DNA of 64,000 nucleotides, from NCBI GenBank assembly GCA_964016885.1, contig OZ024759.1, positions 1,674,001 through 1,738,000 on the forward strand, read 5' to 3'. This document shows positions 1-14,900 of the stretch, in pieces. Within the stretch, counting starts at the first letter, position 1. The number at the start of each line of letters is the position of its first letter. Under the pieces are notes generated by a model that did not search any database, was not told where the DNA came from, and worked only from the letters and a program-made list of their open reading frames with translations. The position numbers and the translations under genes are program-made. The stretch comes from Eledone cirrhosa (Eukaryota).

Positions 1-2900
1 ACACAGTCCATATTAGTAACATGATACAGTCTATATTAGTAACATGACAAAGTCTATATTAGTAACATGACAAAGTCTATATTAGTAAAATGACAAAGTC
101 TATATTAGTAACATGACAAAGTCTTTATTAGTAACATGACACAGTCTATATTAGTAACATGACACAGTCTATATTAGTAACATGACAAAGTCTATATTAG
201 TAACATGACAAAGTCTATATTAGTAACATGACACAGTCTATATTAGTAACATGACACAGTCTATATTAGTAACATGACAAAGTCTATATTAGTAACATGA
301 CAAAATCTATATTAGTAACATGACACAGTCTATATTAGTAACATGACACAGTCTATATTAGTAACATGACACAGTCTATATTAGTAACATTAGACAGTCT
401 ATATTAGTAGCATGACAAAGTCTATATTAGTAACATGACACAGTCTACATTAGTAACATGACAAAGTCTATATTAGTAACATGACACAGTCTATATTAGT
501 AACATGAGACAGTCTATATTAGTAACATGACACAGTCTATATTAGTAACATGACAAAGTCTATATTAGCAGAATGACAAAGTCTATATTAGTAACATGAC
601 AAAGTCTTTATTAGTAACATGACACAGTCTATATTAGTAACATGACACAGTCTATATTAGTAACATGACAAAGTCTATATTAGTAACATGACACAGTCTA
701 TATTAGTAACATGACACAGTCTATATTAGTAACATGACAAAGTCTATATTAGTAACATGACAAAGTCTATATTAGTAACATGACAAAGTCTATATTAGTA
801 ACATGACAAAGTCTATATTAGTAGCATGACAAAGTCTGTATTAGTAACATGACAAAGTCTATATTAGTAACATGACAAAGTCTATATTAGTAACATGACA
901 AAGTCTATATAAGTAACATGACACAGTCTATATTAGTAACATGACAAGGTCTATATTAGTAGCATGACAAAGTCTATATTAGTAACATGACAAAGTCTAT
1001 ATTAGTAACATAACAAAGTCTATATTAGTAACATGACAAAGTCTATATTAGTAACATGACAATGTCTATATTAGTAACATGACAAAGTCTATATTAGTAA
1101 CATGACACAGTCTATATTACTAACATGACACAGTCTATATTAGTAACATGACAAAGTCTATATTAGTAACATGACAAAGTCTATATTAGTAACATGACAA
1201 AGTCTATATTAGTAACATGACAAAGTCTATATTAGTAACATGACACAGTCTATATTAGTAACATGACACCGTCTATATTAGTAGCATGACACAGTCTATA
1301 TTAGTAACATGATACAGTCTATATTAGTAACATGACAAAGTCTGTATTAGTAACATGACAAAGTCTATATTAGTAAAATGACAAAGTCTATATTAGTAAC
1401 ATGACAAAGTCTTTATTAGTAACATGACACAGTCTATATTAGTAACATGACACAGTCTATATTAGTAACATGACAAAGTCTATATTAGTAACATGACACA
1501 GTCTATATTAGTAACATGACACAGTCTATATTAGTAACATGACAAAGTCTATATTAGTAACATGACAAAGTCTATATTAGTAACATGACAAAGTCTATAT
1601 TAGTAACATGACAAAGTCTATATTAGTAGCATGACAAAGTCTGTATTAGTAACATGACAAGGTCTATATTAGTAACATGACAAAGTCTATATTTGTAACA
1701 TGACAAAGTCTATATTAGTAACATGACACAGTCTATATTAGTAACATGACAAAGTCTATATTAGTAGCATAACAAAGTCTATATTAGTAACATGACAAAG
1801 TCTATATTAGTAACATGACAAAGTCTATATTAGTAACATGACAAAGTCTATATTAGTAACATGACAAAGTCTATATTAGTAACATGACAAAGTCTATATT
1901 AGTAACATGACACAGTCTATATTAGTAACATGACAGTCTATATTAGTAACATGACAGTCTACATTAGTAACATGACACAGTCTATATTAGTAACATGACA
2001 AAGTCGATATTAGTAACATGACAATGTCTATATTAGTAACATGACAAAGTCTATATTAGTAACATGACACAGTCTATATAACTAACATGACACAGTCTAT
2101 ATTAGTAACATGACACAGTCTATATTAGTAACATGACAGAGTCTATATTAGTAACATGACAAAGTCTATATTAGTAACATGACAAAGTCTATATTAGTAA
2201 CATGACACAGTCTATATTAGTAACATGACAAAGTCTATATTAGTAGCATGACACAGTCCATATTAGTAACATGATACAGTCTATATTAGTAACATGACAA
2301 AGTCTATATTAGTAAAATGACAAAGTCTATATTAGTAACATGACAAAGTCTTTATTAGTAACATGACACAGTCTATATTAGTAACATGACACAGTCTATA
2401 TTAGTAACATGACAAAGTCTATATTAGTAACATGACAAAGTCTATATTAGTAACATGACAAAGTCTATATTAGTAACATGACACAGTCTATATTAGTAAC
2501 ATGACAAAGTCTATATTAGTAACATGACAAAGTCTATATTAGTAACATGACACAGTCTATATTAGTAACATGACACAGTCTATATTAGTAACATGACACA
2601 GTCTATATTAGTAACATTAGACAGTCTATATTAGTAGCATGACAAAGTCTATATTAGTAACATGACACAGTCTACATTAGTAACATGACAAAGTCTATAT
2701 TAGTAACATGACACAGTCTATATTAGTAACATGAGACAGTCTATATTAGTAACATGACAAAGTCTATATTAGTAACATGACAAAGTCTATATTAGTAACA
2801 TGACAAAGTCTATATTAGTAAAATGACAAAATCTATATTAGTAACATGACAAAGTCTTTATTAGTAACATGACACAGTCTATATTAGTAACATGACACAG
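1..2900. repeat. Imperfect higher-order duplication with about 2.23-2.25 kb offset
   Basis: GTCCAT followed by an ATACAG monomer at 9 and 2259 (offset 2250). Rare AACATTAGACAG at 391 and 2618 (offset 2227, which is 97x23-4). Boundaries are approximate. Confidence 0.7.
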
Positions 2901-5900
2901 TCTATATTAGTAACATGACAAAGTCTGTATTAGTAACATGACACAGTCTATATTAGTAACATGACACAGTCTATATTAGTAACATGACAAAGTCTATATT
3001 AGTAACATGACAAAGTCTATATTAGTAACATGACAAAGTCTATATTAGTAACATGACAAAGTCTATATTAGTAGCATGACAAAGTCTGTATTAGTAACAT
3101 GACAAAGTCTATATTAGTAACATGACAAAGTCTATATTAGTAACATGACAAAGTTTATATTAGTAACATGACACAGTCTATATTAGTAACATGACAAAGT
3201 CTATATTAGTAGCATGACAAAGTCTATATTAGTAACATGACAAAGTCTATATTAGTAACATGACAAAGTCTATATTAGTAACATGACAACGTCTATATTA
3301 GTAACATGACAAAGTCTATATTAGTAACATGACAAAGTCTATATTAGTAACATGACACAGTCTATATTAGTAACATGACAGTCTATATTATTAACATGAC
3401 AGTCTACATTAGTAACATGACACAGTCTATATTAGTAACATGACAAAGTCGATATTAGTAACATGACAATGTCTATATTAGTAACATGACAAAGTCTATA
3501 TTAGTAATATGACAAAGTCCATATTAGTAAAATGACAAAGTCTATATTAGTAACATGACAAAGTCTTTATTAGTAACATGACACAGTCTATATTAGTAAC
3601 ATGACACAGTCTATATTAGTAACATGACAAAGTCTATATTAGTAACATGACAAAGTCTATATTAGTAACATGACACAGTCTATATTAGTAACATGACACA
3701 GTCTATATTAGTAACATGACACAGTCTATATTAGTAACATGACACAGTCTATATTAGTAACATGAGACAGTCTATATTAGTAGCATGACAAAGTCTATAT
3801 TAGTAACATGACACAGTCTACATTAGTAACATGACAAAGTCTATATTAGTAACATGACACAGTCTATATTAGTAACATGAGACAGTCTATATTAGTAACA
3901 TGACAAAGTCTATATTAGTAACATGACACAGTCTATATTAGTAACATGACACAGTCTATATTAGTAACATGACAAAGTCTATATTAGTAACATGACAAAG
4001 TCTATATTAGTAACATGACAAAGTCTATATTAGTAACATGACACAGTCTATATTAGTAACATGACACAGTCTATATTAGTAACATGACAAAGTCTATATT
4101 AGTAACATGACAAAGTCTATATTAGTAACATGACAAAGTCTATATTAGTAACATGACAAAGTCTATATTAGTAGCATGACACAGTCTATATTAGCAACAT
4201 GACAAAATCTATATTAGTAACATGACACAGTCTATATTAGTAGCATGACAAAGTCTGTATTAGTAACATGACAAAGTCTATATTAGTAACATGACAAAGT
4301 CTATATTAGTAACATGACAAAGTCTATATTAGTAACATGACACAGTCTATATTAGTAACATGACAAAGTCTATATTAGTAGTATGACAAAGTCTATATTA
4401 GTAACATGACAAAGTCTATATTAGTAACATGACAAAGTCTATATTAGTAACATGACAAAGTCTATATTAGTAACATGACAAAGTCGATATTAGTAACATG
4501 ACAAAGTCTATATTAGTAACATGACACAGTATATATTAGTAACATGACAGTCTATATTAGTAACATGACAGTCTACATTAGTAACATGACACAGTCTATA
4601 TTAGTAACATGACAAAGTCGATATTAGTAACATGACAATGTCTATATTAGTAACATGACACAGTCTATATTACTAACATGACACAGTCTATATTAGTAAC
4701 ATGACACAGTCTATATTAGTAACATGACAAAGTCTATATTAGTAACATGACAAAGTCTATATTAGTAACATGACAAAGTCTATATTAGTAACATGACACA
4801 GTCTATATTAGTAACATGACACAGTCTATATTAGTAGCATGACACAGTCTATATTAGTAACATGATACAGTCTATATTAGTAACATGACAAAGTCTATAT
4901 TAGTAACATGACAAAGTCTATATTAGTAAAATGACAAAGTCTATATTAGTAACATGACAAAGTCTTTATTAGTAAGATGACACAGTCTATATTAGTAACA
5001 TGACACAGTCTATATTAGTAACATGACAAAGTCTATATTAGTAACATGACAAAGTCTATATTAGTAACATGACACAGTCTATATTAGTAACATCACACAG
5101 TCTATATTAGTAACATGACAAAGTCTATATTAGTAACATGACAAAGTCTATATTAGTAACATGACACAGTCTATATTAGTAACATGACACAGTCTATATT
5201 AGTAACATGACACAGTCTATATTAGTAACATGAGACAGTCTATATTAGTAGCATGACAAAGTCTATATTAGTAACATGACACAGTCTACATTAGTAACAT
5301 GACAAAGTCTATATTAGTAACATGACACAGTCTATATTAGTAACATGACGAAGTCTATATTAGTAACATGACACAGTCTATATTAGTAACATGACACAGT
5401 CTATATTAGTAACATGAAAAAGTCTATATTAGTAACATGACAAAGTCTATATTAGTAACATGACAAAGTCTATATTAGTAACATGACAAAGTCTATATTA
5501 GTAGCATGACAAGTCTATATTAGCAACATGACAAAGTCTATATTAGTAACATGACACAGTCTATATTAGTAACATGACACAGTCTATATTAGTAACATGA
5601 CACAGTCTATATTAGTAACATGACAAAGTCTACATTAGTAACATGACAAAGTCTATATTAGTAACATGACAAGGTCTGTATTAGTAACATGACACAGTCT
5701 ATATTAGTAGCATGACACAGTCTATATTAGTAACATGATACAGTCTATATTAGTAACATGACAAAGTCTATATTAGTAACATGACAAAGTCTATATTAGT
5801 AAAATGACAAAGTCTATATTAGTAACATGACAAAGTCTTTATTAGTAACATGACACAGTCTATATTAGTAACATGACACAGTCTATATTAGTAACATGAC

Positions 5901-8900
5901 AAAGTCTATATTAGTAACATGACAAAGTCTATATTAGTAACATGACAAAGTCTATATTAGTAGCATGACAAAGTCTGTATTTGTAACATGACAAAGTCTA
6001 TATTAGTAACATGACAAAGTCTGTATTAGTAACATGACAAAGTCTATATTAGTAACATGACACAGTCTATATTAGTAACATGACAAAGTCTATATTAGTA
6101 GCATGACAAAGTCTATATTAGTAACATGACAAAGTCTATATTAGTAACATGACAAAGTCTATATTAGTAACATGACAAAGTCTATATTAGTAACATGACA
6201 AAGTCTATATTAGTAACATGACAAAGTCTATATTAGTAACATGACACAGTCTATATTAGTAACATGACAGTCTATATTAGTAACATGACAGTCTACATTA
6301 GTAACATGACACAGTCTATATTAGTAACATGACAAGGTCTGTATTAGTAACATGACACAGTCTATATTAGTAGCATGACACAGTCTATATTAGTAACATG
6401 ATACAGTCTATATTAGTAACATGACAAAGTCTATATTAGTAACATGACAAAGTCTATATTAGTAAAATGACAAAGTCTATATTAGTAACATGACAAAGTC
6501 TTTATTAGTAACATGACACAGTCTATATTAGTAACATGACACAGTCTATATTAGTAACATGACAAAGTCTATATTAGTAACATGACACAGTCCATATTAG
6601 TAACATGACAAAGTCTATATTAGTAAAATGACAAAGTCTATATTAGTAACATGACAAAGTCTTTATTAGTAACATGACACAGTCTATATTAGTAACATGA
6701 CACAGTCTATATTAGTAACATGACAAAGTCTATATTAGTAACATGACAAAGTCTATATTAGTAACATGACAAAGTCTATATTAGTAACATGACAGAGTCT
6801 ATATTAGTAACATGAAACAGTCTATATTAGTAACATGACACAGTCTAGATTAGTAACATGACACAGTCTATATTAGTAACATGAGACAGTCTATATTAGT
6901 AGCATGACAAAGTCTATATTAGTAACATGACACAGTCTACATTAGTAACATGACAAAGTCTATATTAGTAACATGACACAGTCTATATTAGTAACATGAG
7001 ACAGTCTATATTAGTAACATGACACAGTCTATATTAGTAACATGACAAAGTCTATATTAGTAACATGACAAAGTCTATATTAGTAACATGACAAAGTCTA
7101 TATTAGTAACATGACAAAGTCTATATTAGTAACATGACACAGTCTATATTAGTAACATGACAGTCTATATTAGTAACATGACAGTCTACATTAGTAACAT
7201 GACACAGTCTATATTAGTAACATGACAAGGTCTGTATTAGTAACATGACACAGTCTATATTAGTAGCATGACACAGTCTATATTAGTAACATGATACAGT
7301 CTATATTAGTAACATGACAAAGTCTATATTAGTAACATGACAAAGTCTATATTAGTAAAATGACAAAGTCTATATTAGTAACATGACAAAGTCTTTATTA
7401 GTAACATGACACAGTCTATATTAGTAACATGACACAGTCTATATTAGTAACATGACAAAGTCTATATTAGTAACATGACAAAGTCTATATTAGTAACATG
7501 ACAAAGTCTATATTAGTAGCATGACAAAGTCTGTATTTGTAACATGACAAAGTCTATATTAGTAACATGACAAAGTCTGTATTAGTAACATGACAAAGTC
7601 TATATTAGTAACATGACACAGTCTATATTAGTAACATGACAAAGTCTATATTAGTAGCATGACAAAGTCTATATTAGTAACATGACAAAGTCTATATTAG
7701 TAACATGACAAAGTCTATATTAGTAAAATGACAAAGTCTATATTAGTAACATGACAAAGTCTTTATTTGTAACATGACACAGTCTATATTAGTAACATGA
7801 CACAGTCTATATTAGTAACATGACAAAGTCTGTATTAGTAACATGACACAGTCTATATTAGTAACATGACACAGTCTATATTAGTAACATGACAAAGTCT
7901 ATATTAGTAACATGACAAAGTCTATATTAGTAACATGACAAAGTCTATATTAGTAACATGACAAAGTTTATATTAGTAACATGACACAGTCTATATTAGT
8001 AACATGACAAAGTCTATATTAGTAGCATGACAAAGTCTATATTAGTAACATGACAAAGTCTATATTAGTAACATGACAACGTCTATATTAGTAACATGAC
8101 AAAGTCTATATTAGTAACATGACAAAGTCTATATTAGTAACATGACACAGTCTATATTAGTAACATGACAGTCTATATTATTAACATGACAGTCTACATT
8201 AGTAACATGACATAGTCTATATTAGTAACATGACAAAGTCGATATTAGTAACATGACAATGTCTATATTAGTAACATGACAAAGTCTATATTAGTAATAT
8301 GACAAAGTCTATATTAGTAAAATGACAAAGTCTATATTAGTAACATGACAAAGTCTTTATTAGTAACATGACACAGTCTATATTAGTAACATGACACAGT
8401 CTATATTAGTAACATGACAAAGTCTATATTAGTAACATGACAAAGTCTATATTAGTAACATGACACAGTCTATATTAGTAACATGACACAGTCTATATTA
8501 GTAACATGACAAAGTCTATATTAGTAACATGACAAAGTCTATATTAGTAACATGACACAGTCTATATTAGTAACATGACACAGTCTATATTAGTAACATG
8601 AGACAGTCTATATTAGTAGCATGACAAAGTCTATATTAGTAACATGACACAGTCTACATTAGTAACATGACAAAGTCTATATTAGTAACATGACACAGTC
8701 TATATTAGTAACATGAGACAGTCTATATTAGTAACATGACAAAGTCTATATTAGTAACATGACACAGTCTATATTAGTAACATGACACAGTCTATATTAG
8801 TAACATGACAAAGTCTATATTAGTAACATGACAAAGTCTATATTAGTAACATGACAAAGTCTATATTAGTAACATGACACAGTCTATATTAGTAACATGA

Positions 8901-8924
8901 CACAGTCTATATTAGTAACATGAC

Positions 8925-11900
8925 AAAGTCTATATTAGTAACATGACAAAGTCTATATTAGTAACATGACAAAGTCTATATTAGTAACATGACAAAGTCT
9001 ATATTAGTAGCATGACACAGTCTATATTAGCAACATGACAAAGTCTATATTAGTAACATGACACAGTCTATATTAGTAGCATGACAAAGTCTGTATTAGT
9101 AACATGACAAAGTCTATATTAGTAACATGACAAAGTCTATATTAGTAACATGACACAGTCTATATTAGTAACATGACAAAGTCTATATTAGTAGTATGAC
9201 AAAGTCTATATTAGTAACATGACAAAGTCTATATTAGTAACATGACAAAGTCTATATTAGTAACATGACAAAGTCTATATTAGTAACATGACAAAGTCGA
9301 TATTAGTAACATGACAAAGTCTATATTAGTAACATGACACAGTATATATTAGTAACATGACAGTCTATATTAGTAACACTACAGTCTACATTAGTAACAT
9401 GACACAGTCTATATTAGTAACATGACAAAGTCGATATTAGTAACATGACAATGTCTATATTAGTAACATGACAAAGTCTATATTAGTAACATGACACAGT
9501 CTATATTACTAACATGACACAGTCTATATTAGTAACATGACACAGTCTATATTAGTAACATGACAAAGTCTATATTAGTAACATGACAAAGTCTATATTA
9601 GTAACATGACAAAGTCTATATTAGTAACATGACACAGTCTATATTAGTAACATGACACAGTCTATATTAGTAGCATGACACAGTCTATATTAGTAACATG
9701 ATACAGTCTATATTAGTAACATGACAAAGTCTATATTAGTAACATGACAAAGTCTATATTAGTAAAATGACAAAGTCTATATTAGTAACATGACAAAGTC
9801 TTTATTAGTAAGATGACACAGTCTATATTAGTAACATGACACAGTCTATATTAGTAACATGACAAAGTCTATATTAGTAACATGACAAAGTCTATATTAG
9901 TAACATGACACAGTCTATATTAGTAACATCACACAGTCTATATTAGTAACATGACAAAGTCTATATTAGTAACATGACAAAGTCTATATTAGTAACATGA
10001 CACAGTCTATATTAGTAACATGACACAGTCTATATTAGTAACATGACACAGTCTATATTAGTAACATGAGACAGTCTATATTAGTAGCATGACAAAGTCT
10101 ATATTAGTAACATGACACAGTCTACATTAGTAACATGACAAAGTCTATATTAGTAACATGACACAGTCTATATTAGTAACATGACGAAGTCTATATTAGT
10201 AACATGACACAGTCTATATTAGTAACATGACACAGTCCATATTAGTAACATGAAAAAGTCTATATTAGTAACATGACAAAGTCTATATTAGTAACATGAC
10301 AAAGTCTATATTAGTAACATGACAAAGTCTATATTAGTAGCATGACAAGTCTATATTAGCAACATGACAAAGTCTATATTAGTAACATGACACAGTCTAT
10401 ATTAGTAACATGACACAGTCTATATTAGTAACATGACACAGTCTATATTAGTAACATGACAAAGTCTACATTAGTAACATGACAAAGTCTATATTAGTAA
10501 CATGACAAGGTCTGTATTAGTAACATGACACAGTCTATATTAGTAGCATGACACAGTCTATATTAGTAACATGATACAGTCTATATTAGTAACATGACAA
10601 AGTCTATATTAGTAACATGACAAAGTCTATATTAGTAAAATGACAAAGTCTATATTAGTAACATGACAAAGTCTTTATTAGTAACATGACACAGTCTATA
10701 TTAGTAACATGACACAGTCTATATTAGTAACATGACAAAGTCTATATTAGTAACATGACAAAGTCTATATTAGTAACATGACAAAGTCTATATTAGTAGC
10801 ATGACAATGTCTGTATTTGTAACATGACAAAGTCTATATTAGTAACATGACAAAGTCTGTATTAGTAACATGACAAAGTCTATATTAGTAACATGACACA
10901 GTCTATATTAGTAACATGACAAAGTCTATATTAGTAGCATGACAAAGTCTATATTAGTAACATGACAAAGTCTATATTAGTAACATGACAAAGTCTATAT
11001 TAGTAACATGACAAAGTCTATATTAGTAACATGACAAAGTCTATATTAGTAACATGACAAAGTCTATATTAGTAACATGACACAGTCTATATTAGTAACA
11101 TGACAGTCTATATTAGTAACATGACAGTCTACATTAGTAACATGACACAGTCTATATTAGTAACATGACAAAGTCGATATTAGTAACATGACAATGTCTA
11201 TATTAGTAACATGACAAAGTCTATATTAGTAACATGACACAGTCTATATTACTAACATGACTCAGTCTATATTAGTAACATGACACAGTCTATATTAGTA
11301 ACATGACAAAGTCTATATTAGTAACATGACAAAGTCTATATTAGTAACATGACAAAGTCTATATTAGTAACATGACACAGTCTATATTAGTAACATGACA
11401 CCGTCTATATTAGTAGCATGACACAGTCCATATTAGTAACATGACAAAGTCTATATTAGTAAAATGACAAAGTCTATATTAGTAACATGACAAAGTCTTT
11501 ATTAGTAACATGACACAGTCTATATTAGTAACATGACACAGTCTATATTAGTAACATGACAAAGTCTATATTAGTAACATGACAAAGTCTATATTAGTAA
11601 CATGACAAAGTCTATATTAGTAACATAACAAAGTCTATATTAGTAACATGACACAGTCTATATTAGTAACATGACACAGTCTAGATTAGTAACATGACAC
11701 AGTCTATATTAGTAACATGAGACAGTCTATATTAGTAGCATGACAAAGTCTATATTAGTAACATGACACAGTCTACATTAGTAACATGACAAAGTCTATA
11801 TTAGTAACATGACACAGTCTATATTAGTAACATGAGACAGTCTATATTAGTAACATGACAAAGTCTATATTAGTAACATGACACAGTCTATATTAGTAAC

Positions 11901-14900
11901 ATGACAAAGTCTATATTAGTAACATGACAAAGTCTATATTAGTAACATGACAAAGTCTATATTAGTAACATGACAAAGTCTATATTAGTAGCATGACACA
12001 GTATATATTAGCAACATGACAAAGTCTATATTAGTAACATGACACAGTCTATATTAGTAACATGACACAGTCTATATTAGTAACATGACACAGTCTATAT
12101 TATTAACATGACAAAGTCTATATTAGTAACATGACACAGTCTATATTAGTAACATGAGACAGTCTATATTAGTAACATGACTAAGTCTATATTAGTAACA
12201 TGACACAGTCTATATTAGTAACATGACACAGTCTATATTAGTAACATGACAAAGTCTATATTAGTTACATGACAAAGTCTATATTAGTAACATGACAAAG
12301 TCTATATTAGTAACATGACACAGTCTATATTAGTAACATGACGAAGTCTATATTAGTAACATGACACAGTCTATATTAGTAACATGACACAGTCTATATT
12401 AGTAACATGACACAGTCTATATTAGTAACATGACACAGTCTATATTAGTAACATGACAAAGTCTATATTAGTAACATGACAAAGTCTATATTAGTAACAT
12501 GACAAAGTCTATATTAGTAACATGACACAGTCTATATTAGTAACATGACACAGTCTATATTAGTAACATGACAAAGTCTATATTAGTAACATGACAAAGT
12601 CTATATTAGTAACATGACAAAGTCTATATTAGTAACATGACAAAGTCTATATTAGTAGCATGACACAGTCTATATTAGCAACATGACAAAGTCTATATTA
12701 GTAACATGACACAGTCTATATTAGTAGCATGACAAAGTCTGTATTAGTAACATGACAAAGTCTATATTAATAACATGACAAAGTCTATATTAGTAACATG
12801 ACAAAGTCTATATTAGTAACATGACACAGTCTATATTAGTAACATGACAAAGTCTATATTAGTAGTATGACAAAGTCTATATTAGTAACATGACAAAGTC
12901 TATATTAGTAACATGACAAAGTCTATATTAGTAACATGACAAAGTCTATATTAGTAACATGACAAAGTCGATATTAGTAACATGACAAAGTCTATATTAG
13001 TAACATGACACAGTATATATTAGTAACATGACAGTCTATATTAGTAACATGACAGTCTACATTAGTAACATGACACAGTCTATATTAGTAACATGACAAA
13101 GTCGATATTAGTAACATGACAATGTCTATATTAGTAACATGACAAAGTCTATATTAGTAACATGACACAGTCTATATTACTAACATGACACAGTCTATAT
13201 TAGTAACATGACACAGTCTATATTAGTAACATGACAAAGTCTATATTAGTAACATGACAAAGTCTATATTAGTAACATGACAAAGTCTATATTAGTAACA
13301 TGACACAGTCTATATTAGTAACATGACACAGTCTATATTAGTAGCATGACACAGTCTATATTAGTAACATGATACAGTCTATATTAGTAACATGACAAAG
13401 TCTATATTAGTAACATGACAAAGTCTATATTAGTAAAATGACAAAGTCTATATTAGTAACATGACAAAGTCTTTATTAGTAAGATGACACAGTCTATATT
13501 AGTAACATGACACAGTCTATATTAGTAACATGACAAAGTCTATATTAGTAACATGACAAAGTCTATATTAGTAACATGACACAGTCTATATTAGTAACAT
13601 CACACAGTCTATATTAGTAACATGACAAAGTCTATATTAGTAACATGACAAAGTCTATATTAGTAACATGACACAGTCTATATTAGTAACATGACACAGT
13701 CTATATTAGTAACATGACACAGTCTATATTAGTAACATGAGACAGTCTATATTAGTAGCATGACAAAGTCTATATTAGTAACATGACACAGTCTACATTA
13801 GTAACATGACAAAGTCTATATTAGTAACATGACACAGTCTATATTAGTAACATGACGAAGTCTATATTAGTAACATGACACAGTCTATATTAGTAACATG
13901 ACACAGTCTATATTAGTAACATGAAAAAGTCTATATTAGTAACATGACAAAGTCTATATTAGTAACATGACAAAGTCTATATTAGTAACATGACAAAGTC
14001 TATATTAGTAGCATGACAAGTCTATATTAGCAACATGACAAAGTCTATATTAGTAACATGACACAGTCTATATTAGTAACATGACACAGTCTATATTAGT
14101 AACATGACACAGTCTATATTAGTAACATGACAAAGTCTACATTAGTAACATGACAAAGTCTATATTAGTAACATGACAAGGTCTGTATTAGTAACATGAC
14201 ACAGTCTATATTAGTAGCATGACACAGTCTATATTAGTAACATGATACAGTCTATATTAGTAACATGACAAAGTCTATATTAGTAACATGACAAAGTCTA
14301 TATTAGTAAAATGACAAAGTCTATATTAGTAACATGACAAAGTCTTTATTAGTAACATGACACAGTCTATATTAGTAACATGACACAGTCTATATTAGTA
14401 ACATGACAAAGTCTATATTAGTAACATGACAAAGTCTATATTAGTAACATGACAAAGTCTATATTAGTAGCATGACAATGTCTGTATTTGTAACATGACA
14501 AAGTCTATATTAGTAACATGACAAAGTCTGTATTAGTAACATGACAAAGTCTATATTAGTAACATGACACAGTCTATATTAGTAACATGACAAAGTCTAT
14601 ATTAGTAGCATGACAAAGTCTATATTAGTAACATGACAAAGTCTATATTAGTAACATGACAAAGTCTATATTAGTAACATGACAAAGTCTATATTAGTAA
14701 CATGACAAAGTCTATATTAGTAACATGACAAAGTCTATATTAGTAACATGACAAAGTCTATATTAGTAACATGACACAGTCTATATTAGTAACATGACAG
14801 TCTATATTAGTAACATGACAGTCTACATTAGTAACATGACACAGTCTATATTAGTAACATGACAAAGTCGATATTAGTAACATGACAATGTCTATATTAG

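Noticed and set aside
553-575. Divergent monomer TATTAGCAGAATG as a possible insertion footprint
   Set aside because: The length is still 23 bp. It is a singleton with three clustered substitutions and no foreign sequence.
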